From positions 94,174 to 158,173 of the forward strand of contig NZ_FXYF01000009.1 in NCBI RefSeq assembly GCF_900184945.1: a stretch of DNA of 64,000 bases. The letters are read 5' to 3'. The notes beneath the pieces are model-generated. The model saw only the letters and a program-made list of their open reading frames with translations. It was not told the DNA's origin and searched no databases. A program made the position numbers and the translations under genes. Shown one piece after another: positions 17,282 to 26,526 of the stretch; positions within the stretch are counted from its first letter, which is position 1, and every line of letters starts with the position of its first letter. Source of the DNA: Maliponia aquimaris. Its GTDB lineage: Bacteria > Pseudomonadota > Alphaproteobacteria > Rhodobacterales > Rhodobacteraceae.

Positions 17282-18379
17282 TCAGGTGTTGAAGAGGAAG
17301 TGCAGGACGTCGCCGTCCTTGACCTCGTAGGTCTTGCCCTCGGCGCGCAGCTTGCCCGCGTCGCGCGCCCCGGCCTCGCCCTTGCAGGCCAGGTAGTCGT
17401 CGTAGGCGATGGTCTCGGCCCGGATGAAGCCACGCTCGAAGTCGCCGTGGATCACGCCCGCCGCCGCCGGCGCCAGCGTGCCCTTGCGGATCGTCCAGGC
17501 GCGGGCCTCCTTCGGCCCCACGGTGAAATAGGTCTGCAATCCCAGCAGCTCGTATCCCGCCTTGATCAAGCGGTCGAGCCCGGCCTCGCTCAGCCCCAGT
17601 TCGGTCAGGAACTCGGCGGCCTCGTCCGGCGCCAGCTGGCTGATCTCTTCCTCGATCTTGGCCGAGATCACCACATGCGCATTGCCCTGCGACGCCGCCA
17701 TCTCGCCTACCTTGGCCGACAAAGCGTTGCCCTCGGCGGCGTCGGCCTCGTCGACGTTGCAGACGTAGAGCACCGGCTTGGCGGTCAGCAGCTGCATCAT
17801 GCGCCAGGCCTTGCGGTCCTCGTCGGCCACTTCGACCACCCGCGCCGGCTTGCCCTCTTCCAGCACCGCCAGCGCGGCCTTCATCAGGCGTTCCTGCTGG
17901 ACGGCTTCCTTGTCGCCGCCGCGCACCTTGCGCACGATGTTCTGCAGGCGCTTTTCCAGCGACTCCATGTCGGCGATGATCAGCTCGGTCTCGATGGTCT
18001 CGGCGTCGGCCACCGGGTCGACACGACCGTCCACATGCGTCACGTCCGGGTCTTCGAAGCAGCGCAGCACATGGGCGATGGCGTCCACCTCGCGGATGTT
18101 GGCCAGGAACTGGTTGCCCAGCCCCTCGCCCTTGGACGCGCCCTTCACCAGGCCCGCGATGTCGACGAAGGTCATGCGCGTCGGGATCACCTGCTTGGAC
18201 TTGGCGATCGCGGCCAGCGTGTCCAGCCGCGGATCGGGCACCGCCACGTCACCGACGTTGGGTTCGATCGTGCAGAAGGGAAAGTTGGCCGCCTGCGCCG
18301 CGGCGGTGCGGGTCAGCGCGTTGAACAGCGTCGACTTGCCCACGTTGGGCAGCCCCACGATTCCCATCCGAAAGCCCAT
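17282..18379 (-). CDS. ychF: Redox-regulated ribosome-binding ATPase YchF (Obg-family GTPase)
   Basis: MGFRMGIVGLPNVGKSTLFNALT.., G-domain motifs, TGS C-terminal domain (TYEVKDGDVLHFLFN). Confidence 0.9.
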   Translation of the reverse strand: MGFRMGIVGLPNVGKSTLFNALTRTAAAQAANFPFCTIEPNVGDVAVPDPRLDTLAAIAKSKQVIPTRMTFVDIAGLVKGASKGEGLGNQFLANIREVDAIAHVLRCFEDPDVTHVDGRVDPVADAETIETELIIADMESLEKRLQNIVRKVRGGDKEAVQQERLMKAALAVLEEGKPARVVEVADEDRKAWRMMQLLTAKPVLYVCNVDEADAAEGNALSAKVGEMAASQGNAHVVISAKIEEEISQLAPDEAAEFLTELGLSEAGLDRLIKAGYELLGLQTYFTVGPKEARAWTIRKGTLAPAAAGVIHGDFERGFIRAETIAYDDYLACKGEAGARDAGKLRAEGKTYEVKDGDVLHFLFNT

Positions 18380-18518
18380 GCGCCCGTCTCCCTCTTGCGT
18401 GACGGGCCGCTTCTAGTCGGGCACCGGCATGGGCGCAAGCGGCGTGGACCCCGCACAAACGCAAAACCCCTCTTCCTTGGGGGAAGAGGGGTCAGACGTG
18501 CCTTCGGTGGATGAGGGA

Positions 18519-18860
18519 TCAGCCGAAGCGGTTGGGCCCCGGGGTCGGGGGCTGCACAAAGAAATAGATCAGCACGAGAAAGCCGACAAGCGGCACGAGG
18601 CCGATCAGCAGCCACCAGCCCGACTTGTCGATGTCATGCAGCCGGCGCACGCCGAGCGCGATGCCCGGAACCAGCGTCGCCAGCGAAAAGATCATGCCCA
18701 GGATCGGCATCCCGCCGCCGGCGGTCAGCATGCCGTCCACGACCCCCAGCACCACCGAGACGAGGATGATGGCCAGGAAGGCCCACCAGTATTCGCCGCG
18801 GTTCGACCGGCCTTCGAAGTTGATGTAGTTGCTGAAGAATAGCTTGAACGCCTCGACCAT
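18519..18860 (-). CDS. DUF805 family inner-membrane protein
   Basis: FEGRSNRGEYWWAFL ... RRLHDIDKSGWWLLIGLVPLVGFLVLIYFF is the DUF805 (YhaH-like) signature. Start uncertain (upstream in-frame Mets to 18995). Confidence 0.6.
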   Translation of the reverse strand: MVEAFKLFFSNYINFEGRSNRGEYWWAFLAIILVSVVLGVVDGMLTAGGGMPILGMIFSLATLVPGIALGVRRLHDIDKSGWWLLIGLVPLVGFLVLIYFFVQPPTPGPNRFG

Positions 18861-19060
18861 GCCGACCTTGCGGTTGTAGCCGCCGGCGGGCATCCTCGTG
18901 TCCATTGCCGTATCCATAATTCCGTCTCCTGAAATTCCGTGTGTCCCTTGAGTGGCGCGGATCGTGTTCGCCGCTCCTGGAAAACACTTAAACACCAGTC
19001 AGGTTTACCCTCAATGGGGGAATTCCACCACCGAGCCGGGGATCTGCCCGCCGAAGGCGG

Positions 19061-20434
19061 TCAGCCCGAATGCGCCGCATGGCGCGACAGGATCGCCTGG
19101 CCGCAGGTCCAGAACCGCTGCGCCAGCAATCCACCCGCCGCGGCCAGCCCCAGCACCAGGCCAAACCAGATGCCCTCACCGCCCCAGCCCTGCACGAAAC
19201 CGAAATACCAGGCCGAGGGCATGCCGACGCCCCAGTAGGCGATGGCCGCAATGACCATCGGCACCCGCGTGTCGTGCAACCCGCGCAGCAGGCCAAGGTG
19301 GATCACCTGCGCCGCGTCCACTGCCTGGAACAGCGCCGCCATCAGCAGCAGCCCCCGCCCCGCGGCGATGATCGCATCGCGGTCGGGGTCGGCGGGGTCG
19401 ATGAACAGGCCCATCAGCGTCTCGGGCAGCGCGACGAAGACCGCGATGGTCAGCGCCGCCGCCACGCCGCCCAGCACCAGCACCACCCGCGCGCCGCCCA
19501 GCAGGTGCGGCAGATCTCCCCGGCCCAGCGCCGATCCCGCGCGCACGGTGGCCACGTTCGACAGGCCCAACTGGACCGTGAAGGCGGCCGAGACGATCTG
19601 GATCGCCACGCCGTGCGCCGCCAGCGGGATGGTCCCCAGCCAGCCCATCATCACAGCCGACCCGGCGAACAATGCGACCTCGGCCAGCGTCGTCAGCCCG
19701 ATCGGCCAGCCCAGCTGGAACACCCGGCCGAACATGTCCCAGTCCGGCCGCCAGAACCGCACGAACAGGTCATGCTCGGGCAGCACCCGCAGGGCGTAGG
19801 CGATCACCAGGCCCAGCGTGACCACCTGCACCAGCACCGAGGCGATGGCCGCCCCGGCGATGCCCAGTTCCGGCGCGCCCCAGTTGCCGAAGATCAGCAC
19901 GTAGTTGCCCAGGCCATTGGCCAGCGCCGCCACCAGCGTCACCCACAGCACGACCCGCGTGTGTTCCAGCCCGGCGAGGTAGTTCTTCAGCGTGACGACG
20001 CCCAGCGCCGGCAAGAGTCCCAGCCCGGCGAACCGCAGGTAGTCCTGCGCCAGCGCCGCGACCTCTTCGGTCTGACCGATGGCGCGCAGGATCGCGCCCG
20101 AGTGCCAGAACAACGGCAAGGTCAGCGCGACGTAGATCAGCGACAGCCACAGCGCCATGCGGGTGGCCCGGCGCACCTGCACGTGGTCGTCGCGCGCCGC
20201 GTAGGTCGCCACCATCGGCATGATCGCCCAGCCGAAACCGGAGCCGAACAGGAACAAAGTGAAAAAGAACGACCCCGCCAGAGTCAGCGCCGCCAGTTCC
20301 GGCACCCCGTACCAGCCCACCATGACCGTATCGGTCAGCCCGATGGCGAATTGCGCCAGGTTGCCGCCGATCAACGGCAGGCCCAGGCGCAGAACGGCGC
20401 GGGTGTGGTCGGCGTGGCGGACGGGCTGGGTCAT
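19061..20434 (-). CDS. MATE family efflux transporter
   Basis: 457 aa, 12 predicted TM helices, MATE N-terminal motif (LPLIGGNLAQFAIGLTDTVMVG). Confidence 0.8.
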   Translation of the reverse strand: MTQPVRHADHTRAVLRLGLPLIGGNLAQFAIGLTDTVMVGWYGVPELAALTLAGSFFFTLFLFGSGFGWAIMPMVATYAARDDHVQVRRATRMALWLSLIYVALTLPLFWHSGAILRAIGQTEEVAALAQDYLRFAGLGLLPALGVVTLKNYLAGLEHTRVVLWVTLVAALANGLGNYVLIFGNWGAPELGIAGAAIASVLVQVVTLGLVIAYALRVLPEHDLFVRFWRPDWDMFGRVFQLGWPIGLTTLAEVALFAGSAVMMGWLGTIPLAAHGVAIQIVSAAFTVQLGLSNVATVRAGSALGRGDLPHLLGGARVVLVLGGVAAALTIAVFVALPETLMGLFIDPADPDRDAIIAAGRGLLLMAALFQAVDAAQVIHLGLLRGLHDTRVPMVIAAIAYWGVGMPSAWYFGFVQGWGGEGIWFGLVLGLAAAGGLLAQRFWTCGQAILSRHAAHSG

Positions 20435-20537
20435 GTTCCGGCCTTACTCAGCGCACCGCCCTGTGACAAGGCCACAGGTGCGCTCTGGAAAGGCCTGTGC
20501 TACACTAAAGTATAATACAATTCGTTGGACTCATTTC

Positions 20538-21179
20538 ATGGCAGACCCTGTCGATCCAAGCCGGCTCCTGCCGGACGCCCGGGCCTTTCTTCGGGACCTC
20601 GAACTGAACAACAACAGGGCCTGGTTCCAGGCCAACAAGGCGCATTATGACAGTGCGCTGAAACGGCCATCGGAAAAGCTGCTGGCGCAGATTGCCGCCT
20701 GGCTGGGCGAAACAGGGGGCACCGTGCCGCGGACCAAGCTGTTCCGCCCGCACCGCGATGTCCGTTTCACCGAGGACAAGACACCCTATCACGCACATCT
20801 GCACATGATGTGGTCACTGCCGGACGGGCGTGCCTGGATGCTGGGCATCTCGGGCAGTTACGCCACCGCCGGCGCCGGCCTGATGCGCCTTGAGGACGGC
20901 CAGCTGGACCGCTGGCGCGAGGCCGCAGCGTCCGAACGCGGCGAGGCGCTGGAGACCATGGTGCGCGAGGCGGGCTGGCGCGTCGATGCGCCGGCGCTGA
21001 AACGGGCGCCACCGCCCTACCCCGCCGATCACCCGCGCGAAGAACTGCTGCGCCACAAGGGGTTCGTCGCCTGGCGCGACAACCTCGAGGACGAGTTGTC
21101 CGCCGATCCGGAACAGGCCCTGAAAACGGTGTTTGCCGCATTCGCGCCGCTGATGGACTGGCTGGGCGAGATCGCCTGA
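20538..21179 (+). CDS. DUF2461 / TIGR02453 family protein
   Basis: FLRDLELNNNRAWFQANKAHYDSAL and FRPHRDVRFTEDKTPY are characteristic of TIGR02453. ATG 20538. Confidence 0.7.
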   Translation: MADPVDPSRLLPDARAFLRDLELNNNRAWFQANKAHYDSALKRPSEKLLAQIAAWLGETGGTVPRTKLFRPHRDVRFTEDKTPYHAHLHMMWSLPDGRAWMLGISGSYATAGAGLMRLEDGQLDRWREAAASERGEALETMVREAGWRVDAPALKRAPPPYPADHPREELLRHKGFVAWRDNLEDELSADPEQALKTVFAAFAPLMDWLGEIA

Positions 21180-21200
21180 CCCCGCCCGCCGGGGATGCGC

Positions 21201-22238
21201 CTAGACCCGCCGCGCTTCGGGGTGCAGCGCCTTGCCCAGGATGTGGTCGGAGCGGTGGATGACGTGATTCGCCCCGCCGACGATCAGCGGGTCGGGATGG
21301 CCCACCAGCTTGAAATCCTTGCCGGGATAATCCAGCGTCGACAGGAAATGCCGCATGCAGTTCAGCCGCGCGCGTTTCTTGTCGTCGGACTTGATCACCG
21401 TCCAGGGCGCATCGGCGGTGTCGGTATAAAAGAACATCGCCTCCTTGGCCTCGGTGTAGTCGTCCCACTTTCCCAGGCTCGCCATGTCGATCGGCGACAG
21501 CTTCCACTGTTTCAGCGGGTCGGTTTCGCGGCTGGCAAAGCGGCGGCGCTGTTCGTCCTGGGTGACCGAGAACCAGTACTTGTAGAGATGGATGCCCGAG
21601 CGCACCAGCATCTGCTCGAAGTCGGGCGTCTGGCGCATGAATTCGAGGTAGTCGTTGGGCTCGCAAAAGCCCATCACCCGCTCGACCCCGGCGCGGTTGT
21701 ACCACGACCGGTCATACAGCACGATCTCGCCCGAGGTGGGCAGGTGCTGGACGTAGCGCTGGAAATACCACTGGCCGCGCTCCTGCTCGGTCGGCTTGTT
21801 CAGCGCGACGACGCGGGCGGTCCGCGGGTTCAGGTGCTCGGTGAACCGCTTGATCGTGCCGCCCTTGCCGGCGGCATCGCGGCCTTCGAAGATCAGGACG
21901 AACTTCTGCCCGGTGTCCTGCGCCCAGAGCTGCACCTTGAGCAGTTCGGCCTGAAGCCGCGCCTTTTCACGCTCGTACGTCCGCCGCGACAGCCGGTCCA
22001 CATAGGGGTACTCGCCGCTCTCGAAGGCGCGCCGGATCTCGTCCGAGGTCGGGTGGCGGCGGGTCGAGGCCGGGCGTGCCCCAGTGGGCAGCGGCGCTTG
22101 CGGCTCTGTGGTGGCGGTCCTGGCGTCGCCGTCGGCGGGTCCCACCGCAGTCTCCGGGGCCGGAGACACATCGGCGCCGTTTGCGCGCGGCTCGGAAACG
22201 TCGGTCGTGTCGAGATTGGCAGTATCGGCTGGCGGCAT
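21201..22238 (-). CDS. ppk2: Polyphosphate kinase 2 (PPK2) with low-complexity N-terminal extension
   Basis: Walker A FEGRDAAGKGG, then YFQRY, LYDRSWYNRAGVERVMGF, lid region. N-terminal ~60 aa Pro/Ala/Thr-rich. Confidence 0.8.
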   Translation of the reverse strand: MPPADTANLDTTDVSEPRANGADVSPAPETAVGPADGDARTATTEPQAPLPTGARPASTRRHPTSDEIRRAFESGEYPYVDRLSRRTYEREKARLQAELLKVQLWAQDTGQKFVLIFEGRDAAGKGGTIKRFTEHLNPRTARVVALNKPTEQERGQWYFQRYVQHLPTSGEIVLYDRSWYNRAGVERVMGFCEPNDYLEFMRQTPDFEQMLVRSGIHLYKYWFSVTQDEQRRRFASRETDPLKQWKLSPIDMASLGKWDDYTEAKEAMFFYTDTADAPWTVIKSDDKKRARLNCMRHFLSTLDYPGKDFKLVGHPDPLIVGGANHVIHRSDHILGKALHPEARRV

Positions 22239-22400
22239 TGGAAATCCCTTCGCGTTTTTCGTTGCGCGCAGTATGGCACAAAGGGCCGAAACCGTCCTTG
22301 CGGCAGGTCAAATGAAGGCCGGGAAACGCCCTCTCGCCCAGTGGCATTGATTTTCCCTGCCCGATCCTGCAAGACGCGAAAGCCCTGATCGGAGTGAGAC

Positions 22401-23192
22401 ATGACACGCATCGAATCCACCTTCGCCCGGCTGAAATCCGAAGGCCGCAAGGCCTTTGTTTCCTACATCATGGCCGGGGACCCGGATGTCGAAACCTCGC
22501 TGGCGATCATGAAGGGCCTGCCGGCGGCCGGCGTCGACGTGATCGAGCTGGGCCTGCCCTTCACCGATCCGATGGCCGACGGCCCGACCATCCAGTTGGC
22601 TGGGCAGCGCGCGCTCGAGGCCAGGATGACGCTGGACAAGACCCTGGCGATGGTGCGCGACTTCCGCGCCGGCGATCCGGACACGCCGATCGTGCTGATG
22701 GGCTATTACAACCCGATCTATTCGCGCGGCGTCGACCGCTTCCTGGAACAGGCGCGCGAGGCCGGGATCGACGGGCTGATCATCGTCGACCTGCCGCCCG
22801 AAGAGGACGATGAGCTGTGCATTCCCGCGCAGAAGGCCGGGCTGAACTTCATCCGCCTCGCCACGCCGACAACGGACGATCGCCGCCTGCCCAAGGTGAT
22901 GCAGAACACCTCCGGCTTTGTCTATTACGTGTCGATCACCGGCATCACCGGCGCCGCCGCCGCGCAGGCGACCGATGTCGGGCCCGAAGTGGCCCGCCTC
23001 AAGGCCGCCACGGACCTGCCCATCGTGGTGGGTTTCGGCATCCGCACCCCGGAAACCAGCCGCGCCATCGCGCAGGTGGCCGATGGCTGCGTCGTCGGCT
23101 CGGCCATCGTGGCCGAGATCGCCTCGGGCAAGCCGGTGGACCAGGTGTTGTCCTTTGTCGCCAGGCTGGCCGAGGGCGCGCATTCCGCCTGA
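22401..23192 (+). CDS. trpA: Tryptophan synthase alpha subunit
   Basis: [43 protein letters not shown]: canonical TrpA motifs. No trpB adjacent (trpB is at 35150..36394 on the opposite strand). Confidence 0.9.
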   Translation: MTRIESTFARLKSEGRKAFVSYIMAGDPDVETSLAIMKGLPAAGVDVIELGLPFTDPMADGPTIQLAGQRALEARMTLDKTLAMVRDFRAGDPDTPIVLMGYYNPIYSRGVDRFLEQAREAGIDGLIIVDLPPEEDDELCIPAQKAGLNFIRLATPTTDDRRLPKVMQNTSGFVYYVSITGITGAAAAQATDVGPEVARLKAATDLPIVVGFGIRTPETSRAIAQVADGCVVGSAIVAEIASGKPVDQVLSFVARLAEGAHSA

Positions 23193-23282
23193 GCCGGAGG
23201 CGGTATCTTGGCCTGAGCCGGAGGCGGTGTTCCAACCTGAGCCGGAGGCGGTGTTCCAGCCTTAGCCGGAGGCGATCAATCC
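23187..23282. repeat. ~3.5 tandem copies of a 24-bp unit (GCCTGAGCCGGAGGCGGTGTTCCA) filling the trpA/histidine-kinase convergent intergenic space
   Basis: Units at 23187..23210, 23211..23235, 23236..23259 and a degenerate copy at 23260..23282. Overlaps both stop codons (trpA TGA 23190..23192; kinase stop 23276..23278). Confidence 0.7.
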
Positions 23283-24631
23283 GTCCCGAGCGTTGCACTC
23301 AGCAGGCGGCCCATGCAGGCCGCCAGCTCCTCGCGCCGGATGGGCTTGGCCACGTGGGCGTCGATGCCCTGCGTCAGGTAGCTGGACACCTGGTGGGTCA
23401 TCGCGTTGGCGGTCAGCGCAACGATCGGAACCCGCGCCAGGTCGCGCGCGAACTCGACCTGGCGGATCATCGCCGCCGCCTCCAGCCCGTTCATGACCGG
23501 CATGTTCACGTCCATCAGGATCAGGTCGTAGGGCGCCGCGCAATGCGCCTCGACCGCGGCGGCCCCGTCGCCGACCATGTCCAGGATCATCCGGTAACGG
23601 CGCAACAGCAGGCGCAGGACCCGCTGGTTGGTATCGCTGTCCTCGGCGACCAGCACGCGCCAGCGCCGGGCGCGCAGGACCACCTCCGCCATGTCGGAGC
23701 GGTGCGGCGCAGCCGCCGTCCTTGGCCGGGCATCCGCGACCCTCAGACTGGCGACAAAACAGGCCCCGCCCCCCGGCGCCGGCGCATAGACCAGGTCGCC
23801 GCCCAGCAGCCGGCAGATGCGTCTCGAGATGGTCAGCCCCAGCCCGGTGCCGCCGAACTTGCGGGTGATCGACGCGTCGGCCTGGGTGAAGGCTTCGAAC
23901 AGGCGGCCGCGCCGTTCGGGCGGCACGCCGGGGCCGGTGTCGCGCACCTCGACGCGCAGCAGGTCGCCGTCGCGCACCAGGTCGATCTCCACATGGCCGC
24001 GCGACGTGAACTTGAGCGCATTTGACAGCAGGTTGATGACCACCTGGCGCAGCCGCGTCGGATCGCTGCACAGCCAGCCGCGCGCCCCCTCGCCCTGCCG
24101 CAGCTCCAGGCGCAGGCCCTTGCTCTCGGCGCGCGGCGCGTAGACCCGGAGGATTTCGTGGCACAGCGCGTCGAGGTCGAAATCACGCTCTTCCAGCTCC
24201 ATCTTGTCGGCTTCGATCTTGGACAGGTCGAGCAGGTCGTTCAACAGCTCCAGCAGCGACAGGCCGCAGTTCTGGATGATCTCGGCCATCTCGCGCTGTT
24301 CACGCGGCAGATCGCATTCCGCCAGCGCGGTGGCCATGCCCAGCACCCCGTTCAGCGGAGTCCGGATCTCGTGGCTGATCATGGCGAGGAAGCCGCTCTT
24401 GGCGGCGCTGGAGGATTCCGCGGCGGTCTTGGCGCGCTCCAGTTCCAGCGTGCGGTCGCGCACCGCCTGTTCCAGCGCCTGCGCCTGCACCTTCAGTTCG
24501 GCGTTGGCCTCGAACAACGCGCGGCTTTTCGCCTCCAGCAGGCGTTCGGCCTCCTTGCGCGCCTGCCGCTCCCGTTCGTAGCGGCGACGCGAGACGCTGT
24601 CATCGCCCGCGCTGCGCGGGACCGTCCCCAT
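23276..24631 (-). CDS. Hybrid sensor histidine kinase/response regulator (HisKA + HATPase_c + REC; H-NOX-associated, HnoK-like)
   Basis: H-box ISHEIRTPLNGV, N/G boxes (LLSNALKFT, GGTGLGLTI), C-terminal receiver domain (VLVAEDSDTNQ..LMDVNMP..KP). Coiled-coil N-term, no TM or periplasmic sensor. Stop-start 3 nt from the H-NOX gene. Confidence 0.85.
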   Translation of the reverse strand: MGTVPRSAGDDSVSRRRYERERQARKEAERLLEAKSRALFEANAELKVQAQALEQAVRDRTLELERAKTAAESSSAAKSGFLAMISHEIRTPLNGVLGMATALAECDLPREQREMAEIIQNCGLSLLELLNDLLDLSKIEADKMELEERDFDLDALCHEILRVYAPRAESKGLRLELRQGEGARGWLCSDPTRLRQVVINLLSNALKFTSRGHVEIDLVRDGDLLRVEVRDTGPGVPPERRGRLFEAFTQADASITRKFGGTGLGLTISRRICRLLGGDLVYAPAPGGGACFVASLRVADARPRTAAAPHRSDMAEVVLRARRWRVLVAEDSDTNQRVLRLLLRRYRMILDMVGDGAAAVEAHCAAPYDLILMDVNMPVMNGLEAAAMIRQVEFARDLARVPIVALTANAMTHQVSSYLTQGIDAHVAKPIRREELAACMGRLLSATLGTD

Positions 24632-24634
24632 GCC

Positions 24635-25171
24635 TCATCGCTCCAGCCGGACGTCAAAGACGGCCTCGCGGTCAGACGCCTGCTCCACCGTGATGCGGGC
24701 CGGTTGCCCGAAGTGGCCGACGCAGGCTTCGACCATCCCGTGGCAGAAGGCCGCCAGCGGCCGTTCGGACCGGTAGATCATCTCCAGCCGGTCAGCGCCA
24801 TGGCGGCGGGTCCGGAACACCGGCAGCTCCGCGTCCGGGTAGAGCTTGCGCACCTCCACGTGAACCTCGGTCTCGATCGCATCCAGCATGTCCAGCGCCG
24901 TCGCCTTGTCGCGAAAGAACTCCGGGTAGCTGTCGACAAAGCGCCGGTGCATCCAGACACCGAACCGGCGTTGAAGATCGGCGTCGGGCACGCCGGTCGC
25001 CTCGCCCAGCGCCGAGACGATCTGCAACAGTTCGGAGCAGGGGTAGTGCCCGACCGCCGTGTAGACCCCGCCCGAGCCAAGATCGAGCCGGTCAAGGATC
25101 GCGTCGACGGCCTCTTCGCCGACCGCCGTTTCTGCCATTTCCAGCAGTTCCGTGAACACGATGCCCTTCAT
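24635..25171 (-). CDS. hnoX: H-NOX (heme nitric oxide/oxygen binding) domain protein
   Basis: MKGIVFTELLEMAE start, proximal His in VHVEVRKLYPDAELP, Y-x-S-x-R motif (IYRSERP). Aligns by eye along its length with Shewanella H-NOX. Confidence 0.8.
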   Translation of the reverse strand: MKGIVFTELLEMAETAVGEEAVDAILDRLDLGSGGVYTAVGHYPCSELLQIVSALGEATGVPDADLQRRFGVWMHRRFVDSYPEFFRDKATALDMLDAIETEVHVEVRKLYPDAELPVFRTRRHGADRLEMIYRSERPLAAFCHGMVEACVGHFGQPARITVEQASDREAVFDVRLER

Positions 25172-25301
25172 CCCGGCGCTCCGACTGACTTCCGCACTCC
25201 GCGATAGCGCAATGCGGTGAACGCGGGCTTAAAAGTCGCATTGCGCCAACCAGGCTTCATTGGTAATCGAACCTTACCAATTTCAACAGAAGGCTGTCCC
25301 C

Positions 25302-26465
25302 ATGCCCGTCATTGCCGAAATCGAGGACCTCAAGCGCCTGTACCGCCGCCGGGTCCCGAAGATGTTCTACGACTATTGCGAGTCAGGCAGCTGGTCCGAG
25401 CAGACCTTTCGGGAAAATTCTTCGGATTTCGACAAGATCTACCTGCGCCAGCGGGTCGCCGTGGACATGGCGGGGCGCTCGACGAAAACGCAGATGATCG
25501 GCCAGGACGTGTCCATGCCGGTGGCGCTGGCGCCGGTCGGGCTGACCGGGATGCAGCACTTCGACGGCGAGATCAAGGCCGCCCGCGCGGCCGAAACCTT
25601 TGGCGTGCCCTACTGCCTGTCGACGATGTCGATCTGCTCCATCGAAGATGTCGCCGCCAACACCTCCAAGCCGTTCTGGATGCAGGTCTACACGCTGAAG
25701 GACAACGCCTTCATGCAGAACCTGTTCGACCGGGCGAAAGAGGCGAAATGCTCGGCGGCGGTCATCACCGTTGACCTGCAACTTCTGGGCCAGCGCCACA
25801 AGGACGTCAAGAACGGCCTCTCCGCCCCGCCCAAGCTGACGCCCGCCTCGGTCGCCAACATGATGACCAAGGTGCAGTGGGGCCTTGGCATGTTGCAGAC
25901 CAAGCGGCGGTTTTTCGGCAACATCGTCGGCCATGCCAAGGGGGTGACCGATCCCTCCTCGCTGTCGACCTGGACGGCGGAAAGCTTTGACCAGTCGCTG
26001 AACTGGGACCGCATCCGCGAGTTCCGCAAGATGTGGGACGGCCCGCTGATCATCAAGGGCATCATGGACCCGCGCGACGCGCGGGAGGCCTGCAACGTGG
26101 GCGCCGACGCGATCGTCGTCTCCAACCACGGCGGCCGGCAGCTGGACGGCGCGCTGTCATCCATCCGCGCGCTGGAGCCGATCGTGGATGCCGTCGGCGA
26201 CAAGATCGAGATCCACATGGACGGCGGCGTACGCTCGGGCCAGGACGTGTTGAAGGCGCGCGCGCTGGGGGCCAAGGGCGTCTGGATCGGCCGCGCCTAC
26301 GTCTACGGCCTGGGCGCGATGGGCCAGCAGGGCGTGACCCGCGCGCTGGAGGTCATCCACAAGGAGCTGGAGCTGTCCATGGCGCTGTCCGGCCGGACCG
26401 ACATCGAGAAGGTGGACCGCGATATCCTGATGGTGCCCAAGGGCTTCGCCGGCGACTGGAGCTGA
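25302..26465 (+). CDS. FMN-dependent alpha-hydroxy acid dehydrogenase (L-lactate dehydrogenase / glycolate oxidase family)
   Basis: Family motifs PVALAPVG, VSNHGGRQLDG, GVRSGQDVLKARALGA. ATG 25302. Confidence 0.85.
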   Translation: MPVIAEIEDLKRLYRRRVPKMFYDYCESGSWSEQTFRENSSDFDKIYLRQRVAVDMAGRSTKTQMIGQDVSMPVALAPVGLTGMQHFDGEIKAARAAETFGVPYCLSTMSICSIEDVAANTSKPFWMQVYTLKDNAFMQNLFDRAKEAKCSAAVITVDLQLLGQRHKDVKNGLSAPPKLTPASVANMMTKVQWGLGMLQTKRRFFGNIVGHAKGVTDPSSLSTWTAESFDQSLNWDRIREFRKMWDGPLIIKGIMDPRDAREACNVGADAIVVSNHGGRQLDGALSSIRALEPIVDAVGDKIEIHMDGGVRSGQDVLKARALGAKGVWIGRAYVYGLGAMGQQGVTRALEVIHKELELSMALSGRTDIEKVDRDILMVPKGFAGDWS

Positions 26466-26526
26466 CACCCCGGATTAACCGACTGTTAACAAAAGAAATG
26501 TTTCGCACGCGAAACACCCCGCCGGG

